NCBI GenBank assembly: GCA_043228905.1
Contig: JBHGNT010000021.1
Location: 1,178,001-1,242,000 of the forward strand
DNA length: 64,000 bases
Direction of reading: 5' to 3'
Source of the DNA: Azolla caroliniana
Lineage: Eukaryota > Plantae > Polypodiophyta
Below, in pieces: positions 1 through 13,670 of this stretch. Numbering within the stretch: position 1 is the stretch's first letter; every line of letters begins with the position of its first letter. Under the pieces are notes generated by a model. That model had not been told where the DNA came from. It searched no databases and saw nothing but the letters and a program-made list of their open reading frames with translations. The position numbers and the translations under genes are program-made.

Positions 1-988
1 ACTTTTCCTATTTTACACCTACTTTATTCTCTATTGCATTCTGACTATATACAGACCCACAAAACTTCCAACTCTACTACCATTGGACCTCTCTCCAATA
101 CCATATATTGACATTTTGGCATTGCTCAATACAGCCACCAAAAGTAGCAGAGTTATAGTACAATTATAGTGAGTTAACTAGTGGTTTCTACCACATGTCT
201 AAAAGTAAAGAATGACAAAAATTAATAACGAAGTATGGAGAATAAATTTTACACACTATATTACTATCATTATCAAGTAAGACTATTATTATAACATTTC
301 TTCTTCAACAGTAAATAAAAAATCAACTCCCTTTTACAAGTCCTAGTCTTGATATAGTTATGATTAGAGAGTTCATACTAGAGTGACTGATAAACATTTT
401 TTTGTATTGTATCCTATGATGAAAATCTTCGACCAAAAGGACATGACCAGCAATTTGCAACATGTAAGAACCCTATATCCACATGATGGGCACATTGGCA
501 TGTTAGCAACTTTCTATGATTAGAATTAGTGAGTTTGCATCAATTAACCAAAACAATAACAAAACTAGGTAGCAAGACAAGCCTTCATTAATGCATCTAG
601 CTAAAGTTGAAGATCCCAAATTCTAAAATATCCCATGACTTCTATAACCTTGTATCTCCCATAACTTTCAACATTGTTCCTAACCTTCAAGAATTTTACG
701 TTGTCGCGGTATTCCGCAGGTACGTGTAGGATCTAGGGCGGGACCATCGAGGTCTTGAACAAAGAAGCTGGTAAAGAGAGAGTGAACAGTTTATCCAGAT
801 CCATCTCCGGATATCTTTGCCGATAAACATTACGGGCATGTCACCGTTCTGGTTCTGCTCATCGAAAGTCAAATGATAACTAGACGGACACATATGCGTA
901 TACTGTTCTGGATCAAACGTTGGACACCGAAGAAGAGCACACAGGCTCAGACGCTCGAACTACTCTAACACGCAAATAGTTCCAGACC

Positions 989-2096
989 TGTCATCGGGTA
1001 ACTGTGCGGAATAGTGCTCGGCCACAACTGAGTCTTAACCACTCGATGGAAGAAACAAAACAGAAATGAAGATTAGTACACTTACACAGAGTGAGACAAC
1101 ACCATATGTTAACGTGGAAAACCCTAATAAGGAAAAACCACATGGGAGCCCAAAAACTCAAACTATCACTATGAGAGGCAGGATACAATGTGAGACTCGG
1201 AGGCAACGATCTCGAGAACTATGTCTTCCCCAATTGACGGTTACAACAGAAAATCTTTTTGTCTCTGTCTCTCATTGTCTGTACAACAATAATGATAACT
1301 ACTACAACTCATCATAAACACTATGTGCCCTAGTTATATTTATACTCATATACCTTATGGGCTATTTACAAATATGACCTCAACGGTCATGTCTAAATAT
1401 ATTTATCAATATGTTCCTATATGTTAATTCATACTGGATCTGACTCCTCCGGTTCTCATCCGGAGGGACTTGTTTCCCAACAAACTCCCCCTTCATTACA
1501 GCATGGGATGCCTCGTCAGTCCGATACGTCTCAGGCATGCGTCCAGCTTGTCGGTTGACAACACCTTTGTCAGCATGTCCGACCTGTTCTTCTCCGTATG
1601 GATCTTCGTCAGCAAGAACTCCTTATCTTCTACCTTCTCCCCAAGCCAGTGATAACTTCTCTAGATGTACTTGGTCTGGGAATGGTAGGTCGCGTTCTTC
1701 GCGACATGAATGGCACTTTGACTATCGCAGTAGAGCTGGAATTCCTCTTGCTAGATCCCTAGCTCTCCGATGAAGTCCTTCATCCAGATTACCCCTTTAC
1801 CGGCTTCTACAACCGCCATGTACTCCGCTTCCACTGTCGATCGTGCAACGGACTTCTGCGGCCCCAACTGCCACGATATAGCTCCCCCTGCATATGTCAT
1901 GACATATCCTTATGTAGACCGGTCGGTATCCGCATCAGCTGACATATCCGAATACGTGAATCCTTCAAGTTGGGGTATTTCTGAGCCAAATCGGAGACAC
2001 ATACTCGAGGTGCCTTTCAAGTACCGGAGTATCCAGTTGACCACGGTCCAGTGTTCTCTTCCCGGATTGTTCATGAACCGACTGACCGCTCCGACA
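989..2096 (-). mobile_element. Ty1/Copia fragment: RT end/RNase H relic (2096-~1494), PPT (1483-1492), 3' LTR (989-1482)
   Basis: The minus strand reads AVGAVSRFMNNPG, GFTYSDMSADADT, STVEAEYMAAVEAGK (frameshifted). PPT AGGGGGAGTT abuts LTR start TGTTGGG. Homologous to 27877-29001. Confidence 0.85.
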
Positions 2097-2097
2097 G

Positions 2098-2814
2098 CGT
2101 TGTCGTGCCTTGCGGCTCCGGATCATTGCGTGAGTTGGGTGGGAACCGCTGGGGTTTTGGACTAGGAGGAAAGAAAATTCTAAGGCAATTAAGAATATGA
2201 AATATATTGTAAGAAAGAAAGATATGAAAAACTAGTGAATCCCACGAGTATAGTGTATTAGTGAGTACTCAAATTAAGAGAGGAAAATAGTTAGCAAACT
2301 CGTGGATCCCACGATTATATTATATTGATCAACCCTTGTAAAAATAATCAACAACCTCTATACATCTTTCTCTCTTCCTTATATAGTGTTGGAAGAGTCT
2401 AAGTTTATCACATGCAAGCGTCATGCTTTTCCTATCTTTAGTTTTCATGCACATGCAGTGTGCATGAAAACTAAAGATAGGAAAAGCATGACGCTTGCAT
2501 GTGATAAACTTAGACTCTTCCAACACTATATAAGGAAGAGAGAAAGATGTATAGAGGTTGTTGATTATTTTTACAAGGGTTGATTAATATAATATAATCG
2601 TGGGATCCACGAGTTTGCTAACTATTTTCCTCTCTTAATTTGAGTACTCACTAATACACTATACTCGTGGGATTCACTAGTTTTTCATATCTTTCTTTCT
2701 TACAATATATTTCATATTCTTAATTGCCTTAGAATTTTCTTTCCTCCTAGTCCAAAACCCCAGCGGTTCCCACCCAACTCACGCAACGATCCGGAGCCGC
2801 AAGGCACGACAACG
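2098..2814. repeat. 717-bp near-perfect palindrome (356-bp arms, 5-nt centre) made of two LTR 3' halves
   Basis: 2098-2453 is the reverse complement of 2459-2814, with only two mismatches found by eye and centre TGCAG. It generates the mirror ORFs 2329..2526(-) and 2386..2583(+). Confidence 0.97.
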
Positions 2815-3291
2815 TGACCATTCCGGTTCTTCATGCACCCTCACCTTACTGAGGAGCCTCTTGTCAGGAGCACACGGGCTTCCTACGCAAGTAGAGGCCT
2901 CACCAACACCTAACGAATACACAAAACAAAAAAATCGAACACCTACAGAGCTCAATCCGCCAGCATTTCGTTCTCCAAAACGATTGATCCCCCCCTCTCT
3001 CCGTCCTCCCCTTTTTAATTTCAAGGAGAGCCCGTGACATCAGTCATAAAGACAGTCATTTTCCTCGAAGATCCTTCCCCACGATTTTCTCTCATCACAC
3101 CGTTTATTCCTCTCGATTTGTGGGTCATTAAAGTACCCATCCAAATCACATTGTCTAGTACTTATTAGTCCTAGAATATTTATAATGTTTTATGTACATA
3201 TAAGGCCTCGTTCGTGTCCATCCTTGCACACCCCCGTTCACACACATCCGGCTCCTTTCTCTCCTATGGCCGGAATCCTTCACGACAACGT

Positions 3292-6200
3292 AGAGTTGAA
3301 GGTCATAAATTCAATCCAACCAAGACCAATACATTTTCTAATGTGTAGTTTTTAACAATAGGGATCTCTTTTGTTAAGCATGTACAAGTTGTGCAAGTTG
3401 TAATTTGATTCTAACGATAATATGCATGCAATAAACTTATTACTATACATTATAATTGTGTTGATGTCCTTGAGTGGCATAATTAAATAGATGATTAAGT
3501 TCAACAAAGCTAATGAGCATTTTCTTGTTCGCAATAAAACATATTATGCCCAAATTCTACATTCAAATATTTCATGTCGAAATAGCTTAACAAGCCTTCA
3601 TCCACTTAACAAACACAAAATATCTATAAAAGTTTGAGTTTGAGTCTTCTTTTTTCCAATCATCCATACTCTTCTTTGAGCATTAGGCTCCAATCATTCA
3701 TCAATTATAGAATGATATGATATAAAGTTGATTTTGATTTGACACTTCAATAACCTTTAAGTCAACTACCATAATAAGTTCCACAACATACAAACTTTAA
3801 TAGAGTCTTAGCGACTAGCAACAAAAAGGCCTAACATTTTTTGGAATGATCGGCTTTTCTAATGGTAAAATAGAAAATCCATCATTGTACAAGACTAAGA
3901 AATCATACCATAATATGTGGGGCATGTCATTGAGTATATAATATAGGCTATTATATTATGATAAATTAGTTATAAGAAGGAATGGAGACCTAAATGCTCA
4001 AATTTGAAGTGATCTTTAGACAAGATACTTTATTGTTGTTGTACATAGTTATGGACATACATAATTAAGATACTACACATGTAAAGCTCAATGACAACAT
4101 CAAAGGGGATGTGTTTCTTATAGACTTTTGATTGTAATAATGTCCAAGCTTAAAAACAAACTTATTCACAACGAGTGATGTATCAATTTCTTCACCCAAA
4201 TTAAAAGATGTTCCCCATTTTATGACCATGAAAATGTAAGAGTGAAAAGCACATCTAAGGACATTATGGAAATATGAATATTTAGAGATGAGATATTGTT
4301 ATGATTATTTAGAGTACGCATTGAAGTTGTAGAATTACTCCTTCCAATGTTGTCTATAGGTTATATCAATTATGTTGTAATTATTTCATGGAATCATAAA
4401 AGTTGGACAAAGTTATATACTTATAGAAAGCTCAATAATACCATGTGGCTTTGATGAACTCAAATTACAACTCATTTTTTAGTTTGGAGCTTGACTCAGT
4501 ATCACCTAACACTTGAATTGTTAATCCCACCTTTTGGGTTTGGAGTTTGCCCTAGGACTTCCATTATATCTTTAGTGTCACCTAGACAATTCTAGACTAA
4601 CTACCCAAATGTCTAGGTGAGGAAATCTAGAAATTGTGCAATCCTCTACATTTATGATGTGATTATCTAAAGAGACCATTTCGTCGCCATCTTGACCACT
4701 CATTACTATATGGCAAGATGTCAATCAAGTCAATCTAAGAGGATGGCAGTGGGCACAATAAATCAATCAAGTTACAATGGATTATGTCTTTCCGTAAGTC
4801 GTAGGCTCCTTTATGATTGATGATACAACTTTTGAAACTCAACTCTACCAAATTACATACCTAACTTATTATCATATCAATTTCCTCTACACGAAAGCAA
4901 CTAACATGGAAAACAAAAAGTCATAGGCAATATGGAGTAACTTTATTATGTATGATGGAGTTGCACATAATGTATAATATCTAGGTCACCATGTAGTATA
5001 TCCAAAAATAATGTTTGTTGCAAGTCCTTTCAAGTGAAGTTGTTCATACATCAACTTATTGAAATTTAAGGCATTAACTACCTTTTCCCCTATTGTGAAC
5101 ACGTACCTAGCCTTTGTGTCCATTATTCTTGTTCTCCATTAGGAAAAAATTGCATATCAAAAAGGCGTCTATGAAATCTTGAACTCCCCGTATTTAAAAA
5201 TCAATTGGTTTTCTTTCAATCATGCTTTCCTTGCTACGCTTGACAAATGTGTAGAACGGACTAAAATGTTGCTAGTATGTATTGAATCCCCGTCCTAGAT
5301 ATAAATCGAATGTTCTAATATTAGAAATTGAACTCCATTTGATTCTTACGAAAAAAAGAGGTTTTTCTATATTAATGTGTAATTTTAATCATCACAATTG
5401 CTTACATATAGAATTCATTCAGGAAATGATCTTGAAATTTCAAATCGCATTGAAACTTTAGGCAAGTTGAAACATTATAGTATTTTTGTTTTTAAAGTGG
5501 TAACTAGTTTATTGTTGGCCCACCCAAGCAATAGCCTACTTTTACATAGTTTAACCTTTAGATAGTATCATCATACAAGTGCCACTAGAGTCCAAGGTAT
5601 GTTAAGAAACCTATACAAATGCCAATAGAACAAAATTGAGCTCCATGCAGATCATCTTGTCATAGATGGCACCAATTTGATGATCCCAATTATCAAATTG
5701 TGTGCAATATTCCAAGCCTTGATTGTTAATATACCAATACGTCCAATAGCCCAATGACCAATATTGTGTATGTTTTTCTACATGCTCACACCAACATTTT
5801 AGTTGTCACTTTTTGGTATCTTAAATCCATGAGCACAAGGAAACAAATCCAATATGTTAATTACAATTTAGGAATGTTTTTGGTGGGTCATATTTGTTAC
5901 TTCTAATTGTCCCATGCTTAATCATACATCTAGTTTCTTTTGGTTTTCTAATGATGTAGTTGAGGATCGAACTATGTTAGTGCTAGAAAGGCTATGAAAT
6001 ATTGGATATCCATCTGCAAACATATTACTTTCACCTCGTAGTTATAAGGTCCAACATAGATAATCAAACCATGTTCATGTCTTTCATGTTGATGTTGATT
6101 ACATTACCTCATGTGTGTGATTAGCTTCATAATGTTGACCGAAACAATGTCCATCTATTTCTTCCACTCAAATATCTACATACTCCACCCAAACCATCTA

Positions 6201-8400
6201 TAGTTAAGGAAACTCAAAGTTATGTGCCGACATTAAATTCGTTGAATTCATGTAGGTAGTTGGACTATATCTAAATACTTTTCCTAATTTTCGATAATGT
6301 TGCACCTTGAGACATCAACAATCAACCTGTGATATTTTAGAAACATTGTCCAACTATATGCACACATCAAAACATTAGGTGTTCCTTAGGCAAGTATTGG
6401 TAACATAAGTTGCAATTGTTTCCAATTTCTATGTTAAACAAAAAGAAATGGTTAACATCATCTTCTTCATGATATTGATGTGCCGCCATTAGTTACTAAG
6501 TTATTTACTACGTTGTGGTACGGTAGAACACTATATTGTTTTGCATGCCCAATGCGACAAGTCGCAACCAACATGTTAGCATCAATGTTGACATGGCAAC
6601 AAAGTTAGCTCCATACGCTCACATGGACTAATCACCTAAATGGGATGTTTGCGGCAAACCATGTTGATTCACATTTCTTTTTAAAGGGTCAAGTTTCTAC
6701 TTTTCACTCTTGTGTTATATTAGAAAATGTACAACTGTAATGAATGTGTAGCTTCATGATTTTAGGAGCAAATCCATAGTGTGGATTATTTCAAACCAAA
6801 ATTATGAAGAGTTTTTATAAAGAACATGTCAAAATAAAAACCCTTCCGTTAGTTATAAAATTTAAGGGTAACCTCCACATTTAAGGGTACCATGTAAACT
6901 AGTGTACAAATTTTATGTGCAACACTTATGGCGATTAGTGAGTGGGGCACCACCCTCGAGTCATATCATACCCATGCTGGAGCAGGTCACCTTTATTGAG
7001 ATCCAAACCTTTCCTAATGACCTATTGTGGTTCATTCTTAATTACTTGACAACTTCTAAAGGACCCTTTTGGTTCCAAACATTTCTTAATGTCCTAACTT
7101 TTATTATTTTCTAGCTCTTGTTAAGATATTTCTAAATCTCATTTAAAAATTTTCGTTTTTCGTTTGCTTACCTTGTTCTAAATTCTATTTCTACATTAAG
7201 AAGATTTTCATGTGTTGTTTACAAAGATACAGTCCATCAAACATTTAATGGCAAACTAGAATTGATGATTCCCCCCTTAATACTCATTTAAAATGCCCTA
7301 AAAATGGGCATCCACGAAGCAGTAGTAATTCAAACATTCTTTGTCACACACTCATGTTTTTTTTTCCCAAAAAAATACTATTTCCATTAGTTATAAAATT
7401 TTATAGATGAGAATGTTATAGACAAATCCAAGTAGGGACACGATAGTTCCATCTTATGTGCAGGCCCACTGACTCAAGAAAGGGAGTGCACGCGCCCTCG
7501 TTTTAACATGATGGTTCATATTAGTAACTAGCATAACACCATCTTTATTGTTACTAAATGGAATACCAAACCAAACTCGGTTGTGAACAAGTTGATTTGC
7601 CCCATTGGTCATTTGTTGCATATTCTTTTCTAGTATGGGGGAAGTTGATAATTGTGTACTCACTAATAAGTACACGACCCATTATCACCGGTTTTCAAAG
7701 TCATGCTACATTATTCCCTAGATGAACATTCTCAAACTTGAATGAGATGCCACTTTATTCATCATCCAATATATAGGGTATGTCTAGCTTTTAATTATCA
7801 ATGTGGTTGTTATTCCATCGTGACCTAAGTCATCGTCCTACAAACATGAATGTAGGCTTAAATTTTGTTTAAAAATTTCATTTCACTTGTTCCCTTAATC
7901 ACAATGATTAAGATTGTTGAGCACTAACCAACCTGGGTGTCCTCAAGATAATTTATGTTCTGGTTGGACTCTTTATAGGTTGAAACAAGTTACATTGAAC
8001 ACTCGTGACTCTCACTTATAAGGGCCAAACTACCAATATTCAGGCAACATAATTAGTGACATCATCATCTAAAACCACACCGTTACAAGAGGATTGTGTT
8101 ATTATGATCGCACTCATGGATGAGATCGATCGATACAAACTAATCGCGCAAGGACCTCATGCCTCATGTTTGAGAAAATGGTTTCAATAGTAACTTTCCA
8201 TTCATAAAGACGAGAAAAATGTGAATACAATATTATGGGAATTAAGGAGTGCATTTTGTTATCTTTATGAAAATGTCTTAGAAGCATAAAGCACAAAATT
8301 TGACTAGTGTAGTGGATGGACACTTCAAAATATAAGCATATCTTATATAGATGGCCATGACAATAACCTATATCAAGAATTGATAATCTTATTTAACAAT
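3292..8400. mobile_element. Highly decayed, CpG-depleted retroelement-derived sequence (also 1-697)
   Basis: AT-rich with no intact ORFs. A weak RNase H-like remnant on the minus strand near 400-450 reads LLVEDFHHRIQYKK. Family cannot be assigned by eye. Confidence 0.35.
7366..7487 (+). repeat. ~120-bp dispersed repeat, copy 1 (copy 2 at ~16938-17058; partial at 6841-6862)
   Basis: Shared ttccattagttataaaatttta...caaatcc...atagttccatcttatgtg...tgactcaagaaagggag. Confidence 0.85.
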
Positions 8401-8680
8401 AAGTTCACCTTCACAAAGGCACACATATTTTAAGAACGTGTTTTGTTCATAAGACAGGGAAGCGAATTAATCGGAGAAAGATATTAAAGCCTAGATCCAG
8501 TTTGAGTGACACTCCAACATTTTTGTTTTTTATAAATAGGTGTGTCTACCTTTAGATCTTTTGTTTCACAAAGGACTTCCGTCACATCATCCACAACACC
8601 CTACTTACTTGCATTCATGCATTTTTTGGGCTAGGATCTCCATATTCTACTCAAGATGGTTAGTTTGGCAAAGGGATTGT

Positions 8681-8685
<5 letters not shown>

Positions 8686-8720
<35 letters not shown>
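8686..8720. repeat. (CT)n microsatellite
   Basis: Direct observation; a (GA)n tract also lies at 9620-9652. Confidence 0.95.
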
Positions 8721-8725
<5 letters not shown>

Positions 8726-9618
8726 ACATGTATGCAATTTGAAACTTGTACAATCAATCACACTTGTGGCCCTCTTGTATGGCATGAGGAATGCACGTGG
8801 CCAATGAACGAGCCATGAGAGGTGTTAGATTAAGAAAGGAAATAGTGAAAGAAGAAGAAGAAGAAAAGCAAAAGAAGGCAATGCCACAAGAAATCGCCAC
8901 TATCTAGGTATTTCCTCTACTGACATGAGGCATGCGGCCATGTACAAGCAGTTAGATATGGGAAAGGAGGGTCATGAGAAGATCATTGACAAGGGATTTC
9001 AAATGCGCGATGAAGTTAATTAAGATTATTTGGAAGTGTACATGTATCAGTTAAATCACTTTAGACATAATGTAAACCATCGTTGGATAAAAGAAGAAGA
9101 AGAAGAAATCACCACTATCTGTTTGTCGTGTAAGAAAATGAAACGAGGGCGTGGTGTGAAAGTGGTTGTAACTTGTGGCCCGTGGGTCAATCAATAGTTA
9201 ATTTGTTTGTTTTTGTCTCCCACTGAATAGGTTTATTTGGGGTAGGAGGAGGAGAATCGAAACGCTTCTTTGGAGTGAGTGTGTGTGTGTGTGAACATTT
9301 GACGAAGAAGAAGAGAGTAAAGAATGGAAAGAAAACAAAAACCAAAAATACAAAAAATGGAAGTACAAAAAAAGAACAAAAGAAAAAGGATAAGAAAAAG
9401 AAGAAGGAATATGTATATATGTAAGTGTATGTACATATTTGCCGCTTCTTTGGTTGAAATGTCAGTCAGTAAAGAATTTTGATTAATTGTTATTATTATT
9501 ATTTAGAAAATTTGAATTTATGGAATTATTATTATTATTATTATAGAATGGTTGCCCCCCAAAAAAACGCGGCGTTGGTTGGTGAGGGGAGGGGTAGGTG
9601 GAGGGGATTTCGGAAAAC

Positions 9619-9656
<38 letters not shown>

Positions 9657-10215
9657 CCAAAGGAGAAAAAGGAGGACTGAAACAAATAGTCATTTTTTTA
9701 TATTTGTATCTATGTATTTCGTTTGAATGTACATAAATAATTAGAGTAACGAAGTAAAAAAATAAAATAAGAATAATAAAAGTAAAATGAGCGCGTCGTA
9801 TGTAAAAAAGCAGCCAAGCCCAGGGGCAGAGGCAGGGGAGGGGCTACAATAAAAAACAAATTGAAATTACAAAGCCATTTACTTTAGGAATTTTAATATA
9901 ATAAGTAATAGATAAAAAAAAAAAGAGGCTACAATAAATAATAAAAAAATTTGAAATTACAAAGCAAGAAAAATTAATTAGGAAAATAGAAGGCGAAGGA
10001 AGGCAGCCCATATCCCATAACATAAAACATAAACATAAACAACATAAACAACATAAACATAAACATAAACGTAAACGTAAAACATAAACATAAACATAAG
10101 CAATAGCGTAGCATCATACATACCATACATACATACATTAGCATGTTCTTCTGCGTTATTTACAAACATGGCCGTATTTTTAACACTGTGCACCACCCAC
10201 TTCACTCGCTCACTA

Positions 10216-10226
10216 CTATATATAAA
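10216..10226 (+). promoter_or_regulatory. Candidate TATA box of the extensin gene
   Basis: CTATATATAAA ~290 bp upstream of the ATG at 10512, followed by a microsatellite-rich leader ((GTCT)n, (ATCCA)n, (TAC)n, (AAG)n). Confidence 0.6.
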
Positions 10227-10511
10227 GCGTCTGTCTGTCTGTCTGTCTGTGGATGAGCAGCACCTGCACTTGACCATCTTCATCTAATCTTAACCTAATC
10301 CAATCCAATCCAATCCAATCCAATATCATCTGCATCATTTTCTTCTTGCTACTACTACTACTACTACTACTACTACTAGACGAGTCACTGTAGTCACTGC
10401 AGAAAACGAAGGGGGGGGGGGAGAAGGCAACGTAGGAGTGTAGCAGCAAGCAGCAAAGGAGCAGCTCCAGAAGAAGAAGAAGAAGAAGAAGAAGAAGAAA
10501 AGGTGGCGGCC

Positions 10512-11261
10512 ATGGGCACTCCTTATCTCCATCTCCTCCTCACCTTCTTCTTGGTGGTGGTGGTGGCCATTTCCTCCTCCTCCTCCTCCGGCGGAGGCGT
10601 CGACGCCCATTGGGGCGGCGGAGGCGGCGGCGGCTGGCCCATCTACTCCTACAAGAGCCCTCCTCCACCTCCACCTACCCCCACTTACACCTACAAGAGC
10701 CCGCCACCTCCGTCGCCATCTCCGCCACCACCTTCGCCATCTCCGCCGCCTCCTTCGCCATCTCCGCCGCCTCCTTCGCCATCTCCGCCGCCTCCTTCCC
10801 CATCTCCGCCGCCTCCTTCCCCATCTCCGCCGCCTCCTTCGCCATCTCCGCCTCCCCCTTCTCCATCTCCGCCTCCCCCTTATGTCTACAAGAGCCCCCC
10901 TCCTCCTTCTCCATCTCCGCCTCCCCCTTATGTCTACAAGAGCCCCCCTCCTCCTTCTCCATCTCCTCCTCCCCCTTATGTCTACAAGAGCCCCCCTCCT
11001 CCTTCTCCATCTCCTCCTCCCCCTTATGTCTACAACAGCCCCCCTCCTCCTTCTCCATCTCCTCCTCCCCCTTATGTCTACAACAGCCCCCCTCCTCCTT
11101 CTCCATCTCCCCCTCCCCCTTATGTCTACCATAGCCCTCCCCCTCCCCCTCCTTCTCCTCCTCCTCCATCTCCATCTCCGCCCCCTCCTTCTCCATCTCC
11201 TCCTCCTCCTCTGCGATACTTCTACAGTAGCCCCCCTCCCCCTCCCTCCACTCCCTACTAA
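10512..11261 (+). CDS. Extensin (hydroxyproline-rich cell-wall glycoprotein), 249 aa, single exon
   Basis: ATG at 10512 (the ORF track begins at an upstream GTG). Hydrophobic signal peptide LHLLLTFFLVVVVAI, then SPPPP/SPSPPPP repeats with YVYK/YxY cross-linking motifs. Confidence 0.93.
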   Translation: MGTPYLHLLLTFFLVVVVAISSSSSSGGGVDAHWGGGGGGGWPIYSYKSPPPPPPTPTYTYKSPPPPSPSPPPPSPSPPPPSPSPPPPSPSPPPPSPSPPPPSPSPPPPSPSPPPPSPSPPPPYVYKSPPPPSPSPPPPYVYKSPPPPSPSPPPPYVYKSPPPPSPSPPPPYVYNSPPPPSPSPPPPYVYNSPPPPSPSPPPPYVYHSPPPPPPSPPPPSPSPPPPSPSPPPPLRYFYSSPPPPPSTPY

Positions 11262-13439
11262 CTAACTACCTCCTCCTCCTCCACCTCCATTTCTTTCTTT
11301 ACCCTCCCACTCCTCCATTTCCACATTAAATTTGCCTATTATTAGCCTTTCTTTATCAATTCCTGTTTTCTAATCTTTTGGTATTCTTATGATCATTACT
11401 ACTAATACTACTACTACTCCTACTACTACTATTACCGCCATTACGCATTGTTATAATTGTGTTTCTTCTCAATTCCCCTTTAGTTTCTTTTTCTTATGAT
11501 GACCATGCTGCAGACCCTGCTCTTCTTGTCTGCAAAGAAGAAAGATTCTCCTGAGAATTCGACGTAAATCCATCCATATATGAATAAAATGAAATGACGC
11601 AATGAATGTAATAGAGCTTTTTAACTTTGATTCATTCGTTGAACTCGAGTCTGCTCATGCTTTGCTTTGATTTAACTTAATGTTACTTCCGTTTGCTTTG
11701 TGATACCAATGAATGTATCAAAATCCATTGCTTCATTAAGTTAACATCCTTTTTTAAAATCAACGAATCTCCAACCAGGAAATATATTAATGGTCGTTAT
11801 ACTCATTAATAATGTAATTAGGAACGATCGTTCATTCCTAATGATTTAAACTTTTTCTCAAATGGGTGGGTGACTTCTTATGTGTTAATGATCCATACTT
11901 TGAGATTTGTGTTAACCCATTGCATGGGGATCTGCATTGGATCAAACAGTAATTTGCTCCTCAAAGTACTATGGTAATGTGAACGAGGAAGTCTGGATCA
12001 ACACTACCCATCTCCTTCTCCTTTACTCAATCTCTGTGTCCACGTGTCCTTTTAGCCACGAAATTCCTTTTTGTGAGCTGTATTTAGTGATGGATGGATG
12101 GATGTATGGGGCTGTCTTGTGTGACTCTGGTTTTTGGTTGTATCTTATGAGACAAAAGGAGTGTACAATAAATAGTAGGAAAACCCTTGGTTGTGAGTGG
12201 TCTCCACTAGGCTCTTTACTTTTTTGTTTTCTTGTTGTGACCATGTTTTAACGCCATGGATCACCTATATCATCATATAAGATGTGATGTGTTTGTGCTT
12301 TCTCTTTGATAACCAACTTGTAGTGATTGGATCATCCGTGGGCGAGTGATAGGGAAATGATCATTTGTAGACGATCGACGATTTACTTGTAGTATGTCGT
12401 GAATGTCGTAGTCTCTCTTGGTGCAATAAGATTAAATGATGATGATGGTGATATACTTATAAGCTTCATGGATCTGTGATCGCTTATTATAAGTGTACCG
12501 ACAATAGTATTTTAGAGCATTCGTGTCCCGATACACAGATGGAACATGCAAGCTCGATGAAAGAATTTATGGATTTAATTGAACTCTGTTACCAACATGA
12601 TGGCCACGAAGTGTCACGTTATAAGAAGATTGATGACCCTAGGGAAGTGTTGTAGATATGTCGAAGAAATGTTTTACCTTGTCTAGGAAACTCTTTGTTG
12701 AGACTAAATCTAGTTTCTGTATACAATGGTGTTTTTCTTTTAGGGCTCACGAAGAAGTAAAGACAAATAGGGCCCCTCCCCACCCACCCAAAGTAATGAA
12801 TGTGAGGGTATTTGGTCTTGTCAATGTCTCTTCAATATCCCCAGCTTGACTTCCTAGTACTTTGTAATAGGCCTTTGCTTAAATTTATACATTCAATGTA
12901 AAGATTCCATGTGCCTCTCGTGTTTTTGCAAGCTTTGAGCGTATTAAATATTGTTGATCTTGCTCTTTTCATGTATTCAATACCGACATTCCGAGACTTA
13001 AGAAGGACTTAGAAACACTAATTTCCCAACAAAGTCAACATCAAAGGCAAAAAGGTTCTTAATATTGACGACTTCTCTTTACACATAATCACCCATCATT
13101 TGTACCATGGAAAACAATCAATCAAGTCACCAAAGACGTTGAATAATTTAATTGCGTAGATGTACATATAGATGTCTTATAAAACTAAAGGGATGATAAT
13201 GGCACATTACACATTTTTAGAGATGTTTGAAAAATGCTAGACCAAACCATGGGGTTTTGCACCAAGTGAAAAGTATTCATGTTGAAAAAGAACTCCCTTG
13301 GTGACCAAGACCATTGCAATGCATTATATTTCTCTTGTGGGTTGCCCTGTTGCTCCGTTGTAATAATGGCTGGTGACAAGCACGTTTGGTGTCAGTAGAA
13401 AGGGTGATCATTTGGGTTCCATGTAACATGCACCACGAA

Positions 13440-13670
13440 GACAAGAGGATGCATAGCCAAAGTACTTGACAAAGCAAGATTAATTATTAGATTATGTGGA
13501 CAACAAGAGGATGCACAAACAAGTATGTACTTGACAAAGCAAATATTAATTTTTCGATTACATGGACAGCAAAGAGGAAGCACATTCAAGTACTTGACAA
13601 TGCAAAGATTAATTGTGAGATCATGTGGACAACAAGAGCATGCACACACAAAGTACTTGACAAAGCAAAG
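13440..13670 (+). repeat. Degenerate tandem repeat, ~4 units of 62-68 bp
   Basis: Recurring gtacttgacaaagcaa...attaatt...atgtggacaacaagagg. Confidence 0.8.

Larger units (their letters stand above)
702..3287 (-). mobile_element. Interrupted solo LTR (TGTCG...CGACA family); pieces 702-988 and ~2816-3287 split by nested insertions
   Basis: Termini TGTCGCG (702) and CACGACA (3287) are flanked by an identical 4-bp ACGT (698-701, 3288-3291). The reverse complement of both pieces aligns to the LTR at 19554-20312 (e.g. ccagct..caagacctc..gccc..gatc, and aaaagggg(g)aggac.gagaga). Confidence 0.75.

Noticed and set aside
2329-2583. Two near-identical 65-aa ORFs on opposite strands
   Set aside because: A by-product of the palindrome; non-ATG start and no recognisable domain.
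10335-11265. Arg-rich, Glu-rich and Leu-rich ORFs overlapping the extensin gene
   Set aside because: Alternative-frame and antisense shadows of the SPPPP repeats.
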